Source: Spironucleus salmonicida
Lineage: Eukaryota
Assembly: GCF_000497125.1 (NCBI RefSeq)
Contig: NC_090602.1
Location: 868,001-932,000 of the forward strand
Direction: 5' to 3'
DNA length: 64,000 nt
Numbering within the stretch: position 1 is the first letter of the stretch; every line of letters begins with the position of its first letter. A program made the position numbers and the translations under genes. The notes below the pieces were generated by a model. The model made no database searches. It was not told the DNA's origin and was given only the letters and a program-made list of their open reading frames with translations. This document shows positions 48,533-62,600 of the stretch, one piece after another.

Positions 48533-48761
48533 ATGGGTTTTCAGGCAGCTTAAACTCTGCCTTTTACAGGTCCAGCAAGCGTGATGCCTTGCTAAATTCG
48601 GTGTCTCGCGTTATTTCTAGCGTGTCTTTGGGCTTGAAGGTGGAGGCGTGCGAATTCAGTTGCTCGAGCTGAGATGGCGTGTAGTTTACGTAGGAGAGAT
48701 CTACGTCAAGGTTGTGCTTGTCTTTCAATTTCGAAAGTGTGGAGAGCACTTTCATTGTCAT
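48072..48761 (-). CDS. Hypothetical protein (229 aa)
   Basis: Track ORFs 48564..48761 and 48198..48389 share a frame; ends CAG-TGA. Confidence 0.75.
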
Positions 48762-48829
48762 TTGGCGGAACTCATAATTATATTATTTCATATATAATAA
48801 TTAAATATATACATTTAGCCCACTCAAAA

Positions 48830-49810
48830 ATGTCGAGGTCAATATTTTTGGCTGCAAAGAAGCCCCTGGACACTGATTTCTAGCAGTTGCTGTAGTGCTA
48901 CCTCCAAAATCCTCACATTGACACCTACCTTGATGTCCTCCTAGAATACGATCTGGCGTCAGAAACCACACAATTTATGCTCCCAAAACACCAGGTCCCG
49001 CCAGCAATTCAAGCAACGCTACACGAGCGGAATTTTGACGAAAAAGCGTCTCTCTTCGCTTACAATGTCGCACTGTGTCTCCAAAGCTAACAAATATCCG
49101 AATTTTACGTGTCGAATGCTCCGCTTTCACCATTTTCGTTCCTTTTCTGGACCATAAATCCCAGCTGCGACCCAAATTTCCTGGCTAAAAACTACTTACC
49201 GGATGCGGCATTTTTTATAGCTCTCCAGCACGCGGCCATCGCGGAGTTCCCCTTCTCGATGCGGTTCATGAAGGGGCTCAACCTGGCATCCTTGCCCGAG
49301 GATGCGCTGGGCGAACTTCTGCGGGCACTGCAGATAATCCGATTCCCAGATGCGCTGGCGGTGGCGCTGAAGGTTTTACGAGTTTCAACCTCTAATTAGG
49401 TGGTGCGCGAGGCGTTACGGCTGACCGAAAACAGCGAAATAGAGGTATTGGAATTCGAAGAAAACTGCTTCATTCTGACCCAAAATCTGACCTCTGTCAA
49501 CGCGAACGTTGTACTGGCACAGCTAAAGCTACTGGTGGAACGGTTTGCGGAATTTCGCTAGGAGGATGTGAATAGGATATCTTAGCGGATCGACCTTGGA
49601 CCTAAAATAGTTAAGCTAGTACAAAATCGTACGATTCTTAAAGCGCGCGAAATTGGGGATCTGGTGTGTGATTTGCTGTTTATAATAAGGGAAAATGATG
49701 ATTTTTTGAATTTTCGCGATGAGGTCATTGACGAGTTAAAAATGCGGTTTAAAGGAAGGGAAAGCATGACTCTACAGCAGACAGTGATGACGTTTGAGTA
49801 CGAAATATGA
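48830..49810 (+). CDS. Hypothetical helical protein (326 aa)
   Basis: AAAAATG start, open in table 6. Confidence 0.75.
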
Positions 49811-49812
49811 TG

Positions 49813-50895
49813 TCATCTCACTCGAAGCCACTTCACTTCACCTGATTTAATTTTTAATTTTTACATTAGCTTCGATCCAAGATTTTTAACATCATTGTGG
49901 ATTAGCGTTCCTGAGATCATGAATAAGAAGCCTGCAAACTATAAGATACTGTAGTAAGTCAGTTTTTCACCATAGTCGTGTGATGAAATCGAATAGTATA
50001 AAATTACCATAACAACCCAGACAAAGCATGTGCGTAGTGAATCTATTAAAGCTCTATGAGTTGAACTAAGAACTTTAGACATTGTAATTGCAGTATAGTT
50101 GAAAAAAGCTATACTAATGAAATAACCGAATTGAAGGCCGAATAGTTTACCGTTCATAAACATCATAAACGATGAATTAACAACATTTTCGTAGCTGCCA
50201 TGGTCAGATCCTGAGATAAAATAGCATGCAGGCAAAAAGACCCCCAAACATAAAAAGCTGCCCATAATACCTTCCCAACCGACTAAAAATAAACTTGAGA
50301 TGTCATTATTCTTCATAAATTTTTCCTCAAATACAAATTATACCGAACTAAAAATTTATGCAACCAAAGTCAGGCATATGCCAAGTATAATTCCAGAGAT
50401 GCCACCTGTACTACCTTCATTCATCACAGCGGATATTCCTACAAAAATAAGACCAACGCATGCCATACAGACGCCAAACAATTAATGAGTTGAAGGTACT
50501 CTTTTCAAAAATATTCGAGCCGACACCATAACAAGCACGATTAAAAAGCCTCTTAATATCTATGTAATAGAAGCTGGACAATACAAAAGACCAATACCAG
50601 TTAATGTTGTTTAAAGTAAATCACAGGTAGCTAACAATGTTATCATAATAATAAACTTTGGATATGATAGTTTCCCTGTAGGGTTGATCTTACTTTCCTT
50701 TTTGCTGATATAAAAAGCGATTAAGCACAGAGATTCGCCAAAAAACATTATCAGCGTGCACCACCATGGCGTAGTATACAGCTGAGTTTCGAGCTAAATA
50801 TTGTATCCCTCAGTCTGGTACATTATTTTCTTAACCACTGTATTCACAGTGCCTGATGCCAACATTGAGATTATTATGACTATGGGATTCACCAT
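49813..50895 (-). CDS. Second SLC35F6-like transporter (360 aa)
   Basis: TLIMFFGESLCL, ASITQILRG (Q=TAG), FVFEEKF, VGWEGIMG, SSTHRALIDSLRTCFVW. Confidence 0.88.
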
Positions 50896-51106
50896 TTTAA
50901 AATTGATTTATTTCGCCAGATGATTCGATATTATATAATTTTAATATATAGCACCCAAACCTCACAGAATTATTTTTATTACCCTTAAAATTTCCATTTT
51001 ACCAAATTCTCATTATTATACATTATAATTAATAATTATACCATTCCATTTTACCCCCACTACTATCTGATATTAATGATTTCTCTTTCCTTCTACCCTT
51101 CCACAA

Positions 51107-54100
51107 ATGGAGTTCGACCTTCTGACGACACCAGCCGCGATGAGCACAGCAGAAAGCAGACCACTACCGACCATAATCGAAGTCCCATAGCCGATCCCCG
51201 CCAACCCGCTGAAGGCGATCCGCCACTCGGTCGTCTTCCCGCCAGAAACGACGCCACCGGCCTCGCTAAGTGCCGATATTTTCACGCTACCACCGGTAGC
51301 AAATCCTGCCAAAACCTTCCCGTTCACTCTAGATCCGTTCCAGGAGAAGGCCATCGCGGCGCTCAACCGCGGCGAGTCCGTGATGGTTTCCGCACATACA
51401 TCCGCCGGGAAAACGGCCATCGCGGAGTATGCCATCTCGATCTGCGTGCAGCGCGGCCAGAAAGTCGCATACACTTCCCCAATTAAGGCGCTTTCGAACC
51501 AGAAGTTCAGAGACCTCTCCCTGACCTACGACAGCGTGGGCCTGCTCACGGGCGACTCCACCGTGAACAAGCAGGCCCAGATCCTTGTTATGACGACAGA
51601 AATCCTACGCAACATGCTGCAGCAGGGCGGTGAGCTACTGCGCGAGCTTGGCTGCGTCGTTTTCGACGAAGTGCACTACATGCGAAACGCAGAGCGTGGT
51701 GTGGTCTGGGAGGACTGCATCAGCCAGCTGAACAGCAAAATGACGTTCGTTTTCCTCTCTGCAACGATCCCCAACGCCGCAGAATTCGCAGGCTGGGTCT
51801 GCAGCATCCACGGTAAGCCCATGCACGTCATTTACACCGAATTTAGACCCGTTCCGCTCCAATTTTGCATCTGCCCAATCGGCGGAACGGAGGTCTTCCA
51901 CGCCTTCAGCTCCGACGACCGGCAGCTGAACACCGCGAACATCGCAAAGGCGCGCCAGATGCTGCCGTTTCAGGGCGGAAAGCAGGGCGGAATGACCGGC
52001 AAATTGAAGCAGAAAATGATGAATGAGACGATTCTGACGTGCCTGAAAATGCTCAAAAGCAAGCAAATCCTGCCCGTAATCGTCTTCAGCTTCGGCAAGG
52101 CGCGCTGCGAGGAGCTCGCTCAGATGCTGCTAAAAGAGGGCCAAATCGGCTCCCTGCTGTCGCAGTCGCAACAGGATGCCGTGGAGCTCATTTTCAGCGC
52201 CGCGCTGCGCGAAATCGACCCAGCGGACCAGCAGCTGAAGCAGATCGTCCAGGCGCGCCAGCTGCTGCTCCGTGGCGTCGCTGTGCACCATTCTGGCCTG
52301 CTGCCGTTCGTGAAGGAGGTGACCGAAATCCTCTTTCAGGAGGACCTCGTAAAGGTCATTTTCGTCACGGAAACGTTCGCGATGGGCCTGAATTTGCCTG
52401 CGCGCTGCGTGGTCTTCACGGACCTGCAGAAGTACGACGGACAGCAAAATCGCTACGTGCAATCGGGCGAATTCATCCAAATGGCGGGCCGCGCGGGGCG
52501 CCGCGGGCTGGACACGCAGGGGGTCGTGATTTCGTTCTTCGCGAGCCAGGACGACTGCAGCGCGTCGCTGGACGTCATGCGCGGCGGCGCTGAGGCGCTG
52601 AATTCGAGCTACAAAATCGGCTACTCGCAGCTCGTGAACTATTTGCGAATTGAGGGTTTCTCGGCCGAATAGGCGATTTCTAGGAGCTTCCTGCAGTTCC
52701 AGCGCGATTTCCGGCTTCCGCGCTGCGCGAATTCGTTATATCAGATCGAAATCGCACTTTTGCAGTTCGAAAAGCAGTTTTCTGACGCCGCCACGGGCCT
52801 TGCGCTGCCGGAGACGCTCCAATTCCTCGATTTGGAGGAATTAAAATTTCGCGAAATGCTGAAATTGATGGAAATGGGAAGGGAGCCGCAGCTCGAAAAG
52901 TAGCTGGTTTCGCGTCTCGTGAGGGGTCGAATTTTGCAAATTTCTGGCGACGGGCAGAATTTCGGGCCCTGCGTTTTGCTGGGAAGCAGTGTCTAGGGCG
53001 GTGCGCTGTTCCTGGACGTTCTGGCGCCGCTGGTGGCGCCTAAGCAGTACAACGCAGCGAAGCGGTCGAGCGAGCCCGCGGCGGTGCTGAATTCGTGCAA
53101 ATCGCGCGATTTCGCGCCCTCTGACCGCTTCGTTGAGGATTTGCTGCAAAATAGCGAATTTTCGTCGTTTTTGAGCCCCAAAACGGCCGATTTGGACGAC
53201 ATTTTGGCCGAAAATGCTTCGAATTTGGTCGGTCTGAGCGACTCAGAGCTGTGCCGCCCGGAGTTCAAATGCTGCGAAACGGTGAGCCACGAAATCAATT
53301 AAAAAATGAACAATTTGACTTCAAATTGCGTTTTTCGCTTTATTATGGAGCGGAAAAATGTGCATTATTAAACGATATTATTCGATAAAGCAAATTTCGT
53401 TCCAATTGTCTTTAGAGTTCCGATTTCGTGTGTGTCGGAAATCAGCACCGTTTACGTGAAGAATCTGCCGGTTTCGGCTGCGGATTACGACGATAGGAAG
53501 CTCATTTTGACGAAGTTTATGGCCGTTTTGGTGCAGCTTTTCGAGCGCCAGAAAGGCGATTTGGAGGAGGTTTTCGTGTTCAGAGACGATATAATACCGA
53601 AATTGCAGTTCGATCAACTCGAAAATATAAATGTGAAATATGTCGAATAATAATAGCGAGTATAGAAAATTTAGGAACTTTTAAAAACAAATTTCTACAG
53701 TTATTACAAATATTTTAATGATTATTATATAAAATCAGGCAATATTCATGAAATTCTACTGTAAATTTTGAAGCTCAAAAGGCGGCAAAATCTGCTCTCC
53801 AACGAGCTTAAGTCAGGCTCCAAGGTCCTGGTTGAGGACCTGAAGAACAAGAAGCTGCTCCTGCAGCACCTGAAATACTTCGATTTCGAGTCGCAGACCG
53901 CGCTCGAAAAGGGCAAAATCGCTAGCAAAATCAACGCCGTGAACGAGCTGATCGTCGTGGAGGCGATCTTCGGGAACTTGTTTTCTGACGCGTCTGTCCC
54001 AGTCTTCTGCGGTGTCGTCTGCGCGCTGCTGGGCGAGCGCGTGCGCGGCCAGGAGGCGGCTCTGAGCGCCGAGCTGGAGGCCCCGCTGCAGCGACTTACG

Positions 54101-54454
54101 GATGTCGTTTCTGGCCTCCTGGACGCCTGCGCCGTCTACGGCGTCGAGCTCGAAACGGGAATCACGCGGAGCGACGAGCTCGTGGACCGCAACGCCGCGT
54201 AGGCTGCATTTCTGTGGGCCGATTAGCGTAGTTTGCAAGAGATTCTGGACGAAATTCCGTCGCTTTTCGAGGGCAGTGTCGTCCGGATGTTCCGGCGGCT
54301 CGTGACGGGCCTGGAGCAGGTCCAGGAGGCGGTGGCCGGCTGGGGTGACGGTGCGCTGAGTACTAAGTGCGCTGATGCAATAAAAGTCGTAAATAGGGGG
54401 CTGGTGCGCGCCGATTCGCTTTACATCATCGATGAACAGCCGTAGGAAGATTGA
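51107..54454 (+). CDS. MTR4: Ski2-like RNA helicase MTR4 (1115 aa)
   Basis: FPFTLDPFQ, SAHTSAGKT, SPIKALSNQK, DEVHY, LSAT, TETFAMGLN, QMAGRAGRRG, C-terminal RGLVRADSLY; all fragments in one frame. Confidence 0.93.
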
Positions 54455-54525
54455 ACAAATTTGGTTTTTGTTATTAATTATTATATAGTAATAAATAATA
54501 AATAATTCCGCCACTTCATATCAAA

Positions 54526-55848
54526 ATGTAGTTCGATATTTTATAGTCTTTGAACGTTACGATACCAAATGCGCAACCGGTGGCTGCTCCCAGTGCATAT
54601 AAGGTGTTTTCTCCAGTTATTTAGCCTCCTAATGCTGATTTCAAGCCGCAGCATTAACCCAGGAAAACTCCAGAGAACTTGACGCAAAAGTAAATGGAGT
54701 AGCTAACGATAGAACAGAAGCAGCTTCTTATTAATCAGCTAAAATATCGTGCTGAGACGAAGCTGCCTCTCACAGCTCAGACTCCAAAAATTGTCCAACA
54801 TGAAGAAAACGGATGGTGCGATTGTTGCTATAATGATTATCTAGACGCAAAGAATAGAGCAGTTAAGCAGCATGCGGTAGAAAAAGAACGTCTCGCGGCC
54901 AAGTAAATATAAGATCGTGTTTTGGTTGATAGACTACGTGACCAAGAGCTTTAGAAATTGGAGAAGAGCAAGCGATGGGATGAAATGCAAAAAGTTATAG
55001 GTCAAAAAGAAGAAAACAAGCACCAACTTAAAGAAACTCAGCGGTTAGAGCGATAGCAACTCCGTAGTGCTTAGGAAGAAGGTTTGAAAAAACTAGAAGA
55101 TACTTTTAAGCAGAAAAAACAACAGTAGGAACACCAGCGTCATGCAATGGAAGATGATATTTAAAAGCACCAGACTTTGAAGATGGAGAGAAAGGCAGCT
55201 GATAACGCAATAAAAGAGGAATATGTGTTGCCTTCAGGATTGTAGATTGACTAAGATGTGATTAACAAAAGGAAACAGGAAATATTAGAACAAATAGAGC
55301 TACAAAAGGCGCAGAAGAGAGCGCAAAAGATGATGCTGAACACATCCAACCAGGAATAGCGCCACAGCCTCCAGTAACAGCTCGACCAGATGGCGCTGAA
55401 GCACGAGGCAGCGCGCAAGGAAAAGCTGCATCAGCAGATGGAGGAGGCCAAGCGGTACGATGAGGATATTCTGCGCAAGGCTAACGCGGTGAAGCAGAGG
55501 CGCGATAACGAGGCCAGACTGGTGAAGGAGAGCGAGAAGGCAGCCAGGGACGCTGAGAAAGCCAACTCCGCAGCATAACTTCTCCGCGCCGAGCAGCAGC
55601 GGGCCCAACTCACAGCGCAGCTGCAAGAGGGACAGCGCCAGAAATAACTAAACGCAGAACTGGAGCGGCTCCTGGAACGCGTCCACAGGATCGAAGGCGC
55701 CGTGAAGCCGCCGAGGGTCACGCAGGAGTGTGATCGGTGTGACGAGATCGGAAGCGTAGAACGCATCGTGCATTTGGGCGCGGAGGAGGTCGCCGACGCC
55801 GAGAAGTATATCGCGCTCAAGATCGGAAGGCGGGGCACGCAGGAGTGA
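54526..55848 (+). CDS. E/K/Q/R-rich coiled-coil protein (440 aa)
   Basis: Open in table 6, ends GAG-TGA. Confidence 0.8.
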
Positions 55849-56042
55849 ACCATTTTGCTAGCAAATATGATTTCAGCGCTCCCAAACAATCAGCTATATA
55901 GTTCGAGCTGAGGTAGCAACTCGGGCAGCCAGAAGACTCCAGCTATACTGCGTTGAACAAAACTGAGTTTTTGGATTAAGTTTTTGTTATATTTATATAT
56001 AATATTGATATTTGTGAAAAATTCATTCCAATTTCTCGCACA

Positions 56043-56210
56043 ATGCTAGCACCGTAAAACCTGGCGTCTGGAGTGCGAATACACGTGTTTTTCACTGTAA
56101 ACCTTCTGTATAGGACAGTTTAGGGTGCGTAAATGCAATTTTTAATACCTTAGCTTGAGAATTTGAGGCAAAGCAGGGTTCCTTTCGGGTGGTGGGGCTA
56201 GTTAGAATGA
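56043..56210 (+). CDS. Possible small protein (55 aa)
   Basis: Promoter-like AT-rich then C-rich upstream; short ORF only. Confidence 0.3.
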
Positions 56211-56678
56211 GCAAATAGTGGGAGATATTATTATATCAAAATTGTGAATTAAAATTGATTTTCAACTGCAAATTCATTACTGTGTAATAATAAAATTAAA
56301 AAAGTGAAAACAGACTAGTTACGGAAATACGCTTATTTAAAATCTGATATAAGCGTTTTGCTTAACTTGAAGATAGGGATTTTTACTAATAGATTTCACT
56401 AAGCGCTCAGGTGAGTTTTAATGATAGATTAATTGATTTCAAGCATAGAAATACATAATTATTGGGATCGTTACGAATATGGGGAAACTGGATATACAAA
56501 AATGGCAAAACATTAATATACGCAGAATGGACACTAAGTTGTTAAATTAATTGGAGATGGTATTTAGTTTTCATTTTTAACACATCTGTATCTGAAATAT
56601 CATTTTTTAGTATAATGTGCATTTATATATGTATTCATGCAATTATACATTTACTGATTTATTTTCACTTCCTTGATA

Positions 56679-59600
56679 ATGAAAGCAACTTATACTATTC
56701 TAAATTTTAAAGGTGAATAGATTTTTCAGCTTGACATTGTTTTAAAGGATAGTTTTTTATACTTCCTTAATCTAAATCAGTTAGCTTAATATGCTTCTGC
56801 TCTCAATGAGAGTTACATTTCAATTAATATTAATACAGTAGAGAATTTAAAAATATTTCATGTCTTTTTAATTATGTATCATTAAAAATTAATATTAAAT
56901 GAATTTCCTATAAAGAATTATGTTATTAATTATAATATTTCTCATGATGATATTTAAGAATCGTTTATTTCAGAACTGTGGTCTAATTTAGGTATTCTAT
57001 TAGTGCATTTAGGTTACAATGTACATTAGAGTTTTAAAAGTCCATTTAGAAAAAATATATTAGATTATAATTTTCATGTTGTCACCAGTTTATACTAGGA
57101 ATTTTAGTTTTCTAAATAATAAATTTAGTCTATATCACTTGACTTATCTTCATTAAACATCATTGTATAATTATAATCACTAATTTTATAAGAAACAAGT
57201 TAAAGAAAACCTAATTTTTTGGCTTTTATTTATGGATTATCAGCTAATTTCTTAACTTTATAGAATTAAAATGAGTTGACTAATAATAGTGATATAATAG
57301 AATATTTGCTTTAATCTGAAATTATTTTTTAAGATTCTAAATCAACTAGTTCTATCTAAACATTAAAATTTCATAATATTTTACATCTTCCATTACATTT
57401 ATCTAGAGATATTAACTCTGACCTATTTAAATTTTTATGCACTCCTTCATTTATTTTTAAAACAGAACATTTTATTTTGCAATCTCTTTACACTAAAGAC
57501 CATATATTAACGAAAAATGGTATTTTAAGCAATAGTTCTAGATCAGGGAAGTCAGTTTCTTTACTTTCAACTTATTACTATTATTAATATTCTTTAAGAA
57601 ATGTTACACTTTACATCTAGTGCGCTGCTTAAGGTTCATAGCCAATCTATATCAATTCTAGCCTTAATTATTAAGATGCTTTATAATTATTATTTAAGTC
57701 GTAGAATTATTAGTTTGAGAAGACTAAATATACTTAAATTATGAGTCTGGTACGATAAGACATATTTGAATTATATCAACAGAATAAAAGATTTTAAAAA
57801 TAAAAAAATGTATTGATTAATTTTAAGTAAATCTTTATCCAGTCTACTAGCATTGATTTTTAAAAATTCCTTGAAAAATTTTAATAAAATAACGATAATT
57901 TCTTTAATTATAAAAGTTAAAAAGTATTAAATGATATAAACGATACTGAAGACGTATCGTTATATAAAGCTAATCAAATTTTTAAATTACATTAAATTTT
58001 GTTAGATAAATCTATTTAGGCATTTATTTTTAATGAAGAGGTTCTCTATCCTTTGTAACTTTCTTAATAATAGTTATACTAATAATTATTTGGTAATAAT
58101 AAAAGTTTAGTGTATGAAGTTTAATTTATTTTATTAACATATATTAATACAACATTTGTTGATTATTTTGAGTTAAATGAATATTAACAGTTAAAAGACT
58201 ATATTGAGAATCACTTCGAATAGTTATGTTAGTAAATTAACTGGTAAGATGAATTTTATTTAGCAATGACCAATAGCAATTTTATCACGTATTTATATTA
58301 GAATCAGAATGAAAATTAAATCTCTATAATTATTCATAATTGTAATTCTTTTATCAGTTAACTAACATTGGATTAGTAGTTATTATTGAATACTCATAAT
58401 CAATATTAAAATTTTTAAACAGTTTTATAAAATAAGGAGGAATAAAATTTATAATAATCCTAACTGATACTCTTGCTAGAGCTACTGTAATTCTTATATA
58501 CTAGCTTTTCTTTATTTAAGACCTGTAAGTCATATAGTATTATGAATTCTAATTTAATTGCCTTCTAGAACTAATAGTTTCGACTAGATGTTGCCATTAC
58601 TCTAGAAACTATTTTCATTAATTTAAAAAATGATTTGCTAAAGTTTTAAAAACATTAGGTCATCGTCAGCGTCGTCAATATTGTCAGAGATATCAAAAGT
58701 GTTACTGAAAATGCCATCGGCCTGTCATAGGACATTTAGGATGCCATTGCGCAATAAGATGTGAAAGCTATTCTGAACAAAGTTACAGATGAACCCTGGG
58801 AGGACCAGCGGCTATCCACTCTGCTAGAGCTGCTGAAAGCTCTATTAGTGCACTACCCATCTATTTTAACAGATTCATTTTGTACCTGTATAACGAATAT
58901 TTTAACTTAGATTTCTTAGCAGAATGACTTACTTTTAGATTTATCAAAAGTTTTGTCCAACGATGAGGGAATCCAGAACTAGTTTATACGTTAGTAAACT
59001 AGTGAAGTCATCGCCAGCGTCGTCAATATTGTCAGAGATATCAAAAGCGTTACTAAAAATACCATCGGCCTGCCATAGGACATTTAGGATGCCATTGCAC
59101 AATAAGATGTGAAAGCTATTCTGAACAAAGTTCCAGATGAACCCTGGAAGGACCAGCGGGTATCCACTCTGCTAGAGCTGCTGAAAGCTCTATTAGTGCA
59201 CTACCCATCTATTTTAACAGATTCATTTTGTACCTGTATAACGAATATTTTAACTTAGATTTCTTAGCAGAATGACTTACTTTTAGATTTATCAAAAGTT
59301 TTGTCCAACGATGAGGGAATCCAGAACTAGTTTATACGTTAGTAAACTAGTGAAGTCATCGCCAGCGTCGTCAATATTGTCAGAGATATCAAAAGCGTTA
59401 CTAAAAATACCATCGGCCTGCCATAGGACATTTAGGATGCCATTGCGCAATAAGATGTGAAAGCTATTCTGAACAAAGTTCCAGATGAACCCTGGAAGGA
59501 CCAGCGGCTATCCACTCTGCTAGAGCTGCTGAAAGCTCTATTAGTGCACTACCCATCTATTTTAACAGATTCATTTTGTACCTGTATAACGAATATTTTA

Positions 59601-62600
59601 ACTTAGATTTCTTAGCAGAATGACTTACTTTTAGATTTATCAAAAGTTTTGTCCAACGATGAGGGAATCCAGAACTAGTTTATACGTTAGTAAACTAGTA
59701 AAGTCATCGTCAGCGTCGTCAATATTGTCAGAGATATCAAAAGCGTTACTAAAAATACCATCGGCCTGCCATAGGACATTTAGGATGCCATTGCGCAATA
59801 AGATGTGAAAGCTATTCTGAACAAAGTTCCAGATGAACCCTGGAAGGACCAGCGGCTATCCACTCTGCTAGAGCTGCTGAAAGCTCTATTAGTGCACTGT
59901 CCATTGTTTATCAATACGAAAGTATAGTAAAACATGTAGGTTATTTTATTTGGCCTCAAGAGCTAATAGATTAGACTAGATGTTGCAGATTGCCTAGAAA
60001 TTATCAAGAAGAATCATGTAAATGATTTGCTAAAGTTTTAAAAACATTAGGTCATCGCCAGCGTCGTCAATATTGTCAGAGATATCAAAAGTGTTACTAA
60101 AAATACCATCGGCCTGTCATAGGACATTTAGGATGCCATTGCGCAATAAGATGTGAAAGCTATTCTGAACAAAGTTACAGATGAACCCTGGGAGGACCAG
60201 CGGTTATCCACTCTGCTAGAGCTGCTGAAAGCTCTATTAGTGCACTACCCATCTATTTTAACAGATTCATTTTGTACCTGTATAACGAATATTTTAACTT
60301 AGATTTCTTAGCAGAATGACTTACTTTTAGATTTATCAAAAGTTTTGTCCAACGATGAGGGAATCCAGAACTAGTTTATACGTTAGTAAACTAGTGAAGT
60401 CATCGCCAGCGTCGTCAATATTGTCAGAGATATCAAAAGCGTTACTAAAAATACCATCGGCCTGCCATAGGACATTTAGGATGCCATTGCGCAATAAGAT
60501 GTGAAAGCTATTCTGAACAAAGTTCCAGATGAACCCTGGAAGGACCAGCGGCTATCCACTCTGCTAGAGCTGCTGAAAGCTCTATTAGTGCACTGTCCAT
60601 TGTTTATCAATACGAAAGTATAGTAAAACATGTAGGTTATTTTATTTGGCCTCAAGAGCTAATATATTCGACTAGATGTTGCCATTACTATAGAAACTAT
60701 TTTCATTAATTTTAAAAATGATTTGCTACAGTTTTAAAAACATTAGGTCATCGCCAGCGTCGTCAATATTGTCAGAGATATCAAAAGTGTTACTGAAAAT
60801 ACCATCGGCCTGCCATAGGACATTTAGGATGCCATTGCGCAATAAGATGTGAAAGCTATTCTGAACAAAGTTCCAGATGAACCCTGGAAGGACCAGCGGC
60901 TATCCACTCTGCTAGAGCTGCTGAAAGCTCTATTAGTGCACTGTCCATTGTTTATCAATACGAAAGTATAGTAAAACATGTAGGTTATTTTATTTGGCCT
61001 CAAGAACTAATAGATTAGACTAGATGTTGCAGATTGCCTAGAAATTATCAAGAAGAATCCTGTAAATGATTTGCTAAAGTTTTAAAAACATTAGGTCATC
61101 GTCAGCGTCGTCAATATTGTCAGAGATATCAAAAGTGTTACTAAAAATACCATCGGCCTGTCATAGGACATTTAGGATGCCATTGCGCAATAAGATGTGA
61201 AAGCTATTCTGAACAAAGTTCCAGATGAACCCTGGAGGACCAGCGGCTATCCACTCTGCTAGAGCTGCTGAAAGCTCTATTAGTGCACTACCCATCTATT
61301 TTAACAGATTCATTTTGTACCTGTATAACGAATATTTTAACTTAGATTTCTTAGCAGAATGACTTACTTTTAGATTTATCAAAAGTTTTGTCCAACGATG
61401 AGGGAATCCAGAACTAGTTTATACGTTAGTAAACTAGTGAAGTCATCGCCAGCGTCGTCAATATTGTCAGAGATATCAAAAGCGTTACTAAAAATACCAT
61501 CGGCCTGCCATAGGACATTTAGGATGCCATTGCGCAATAAGATGTGAAAGCTATTCTGAACAAAGTTCCAGATGAACCCTGGGAGGACCAGCGGCTATCC
61601 ACTCTGCTAGAGCTGCTGAAAGCTCTATTAGTGCACTGTCCATTGTTTATCAATACGAAAGTATAGTAAAACATGTAGGTTATTTTATTTGGCCTCAAGA
61701 ACTAATAGATTAGACTAGATGTTGCAGATTGCCTAGAAATTATCAAGAAGAATCCTGTAAATGATTTGCTAAAGTTTTAAAAACATTAGGTCATCGTCAG
61801 CGTCGTCAATATTGTCAGAGATATCAAAAGTGTTACTAAAAATACCATCGGCCTGTCATAGGACATTTAGGATGCCATTGCGCAATAAGATGTGAAAGCT
61901 ATTCTGAACAAAGTTCCAGATGAACCCTGGGAGGACCAGCGGCTATCCACTCTGCTAGAGCTGCTGAAAGCTCTATTAGTGCACTGTCCATTGTTTATCA
62001 ATACGAAAGTATAGTAAAACATGTAGGTTATTTTATTTGGCCTCAAGAGCTAATAGATTAGACTAGATGTTGCAGATTGCCTAGAAATTATCAAGAAGAA
62101 TCATGTAAATGATTTGCTAAAGTTTTAAAAACATTAGGTCATCGCCAGCGTCGTCAATATTGTCAGAGATATCAAAAGCGTTACTAAAAATACCATCGGC
62201 CTGTCATAGGACATTTAGGATGCCATTGCGCAATAAGATGTGAAAGCTATTCTGAACAAAGTTACAGATGAACCCTGGGAGGACCAGCGGCTATCCACTC
62301 TGCTAGAGCTGCTGAAAGCTCTATTAGTGCACTACCCATCTATTTTAACAGATTCATTTTGTACCTGTATAACGAATATTTTAACTTAGATTTCTTAGCA
62401 GAATGACTTACTTTTAGATTTATCAAAAGTTTTGTCCAACGATGAGGGAATCCAGAACTAGTTTATACGTTAGTAAACTAGTAAAGTCATCGTCAGCGTC
62501 GTCAATATTGTCAGAGATATCAAAAGCGTTACTAAAAATACCATCGGCCTGCCATAGGACATTTAGGATGCCATTGCGCAATAAGATGTGAAAGCTATTC

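Noticed and set aside
7042-54454. Widespread pseudogenisation suggested by in-frame TAA/TAG
   Set aside because: They occur in essential genes and at conserved Gln positions; this is the alternative code
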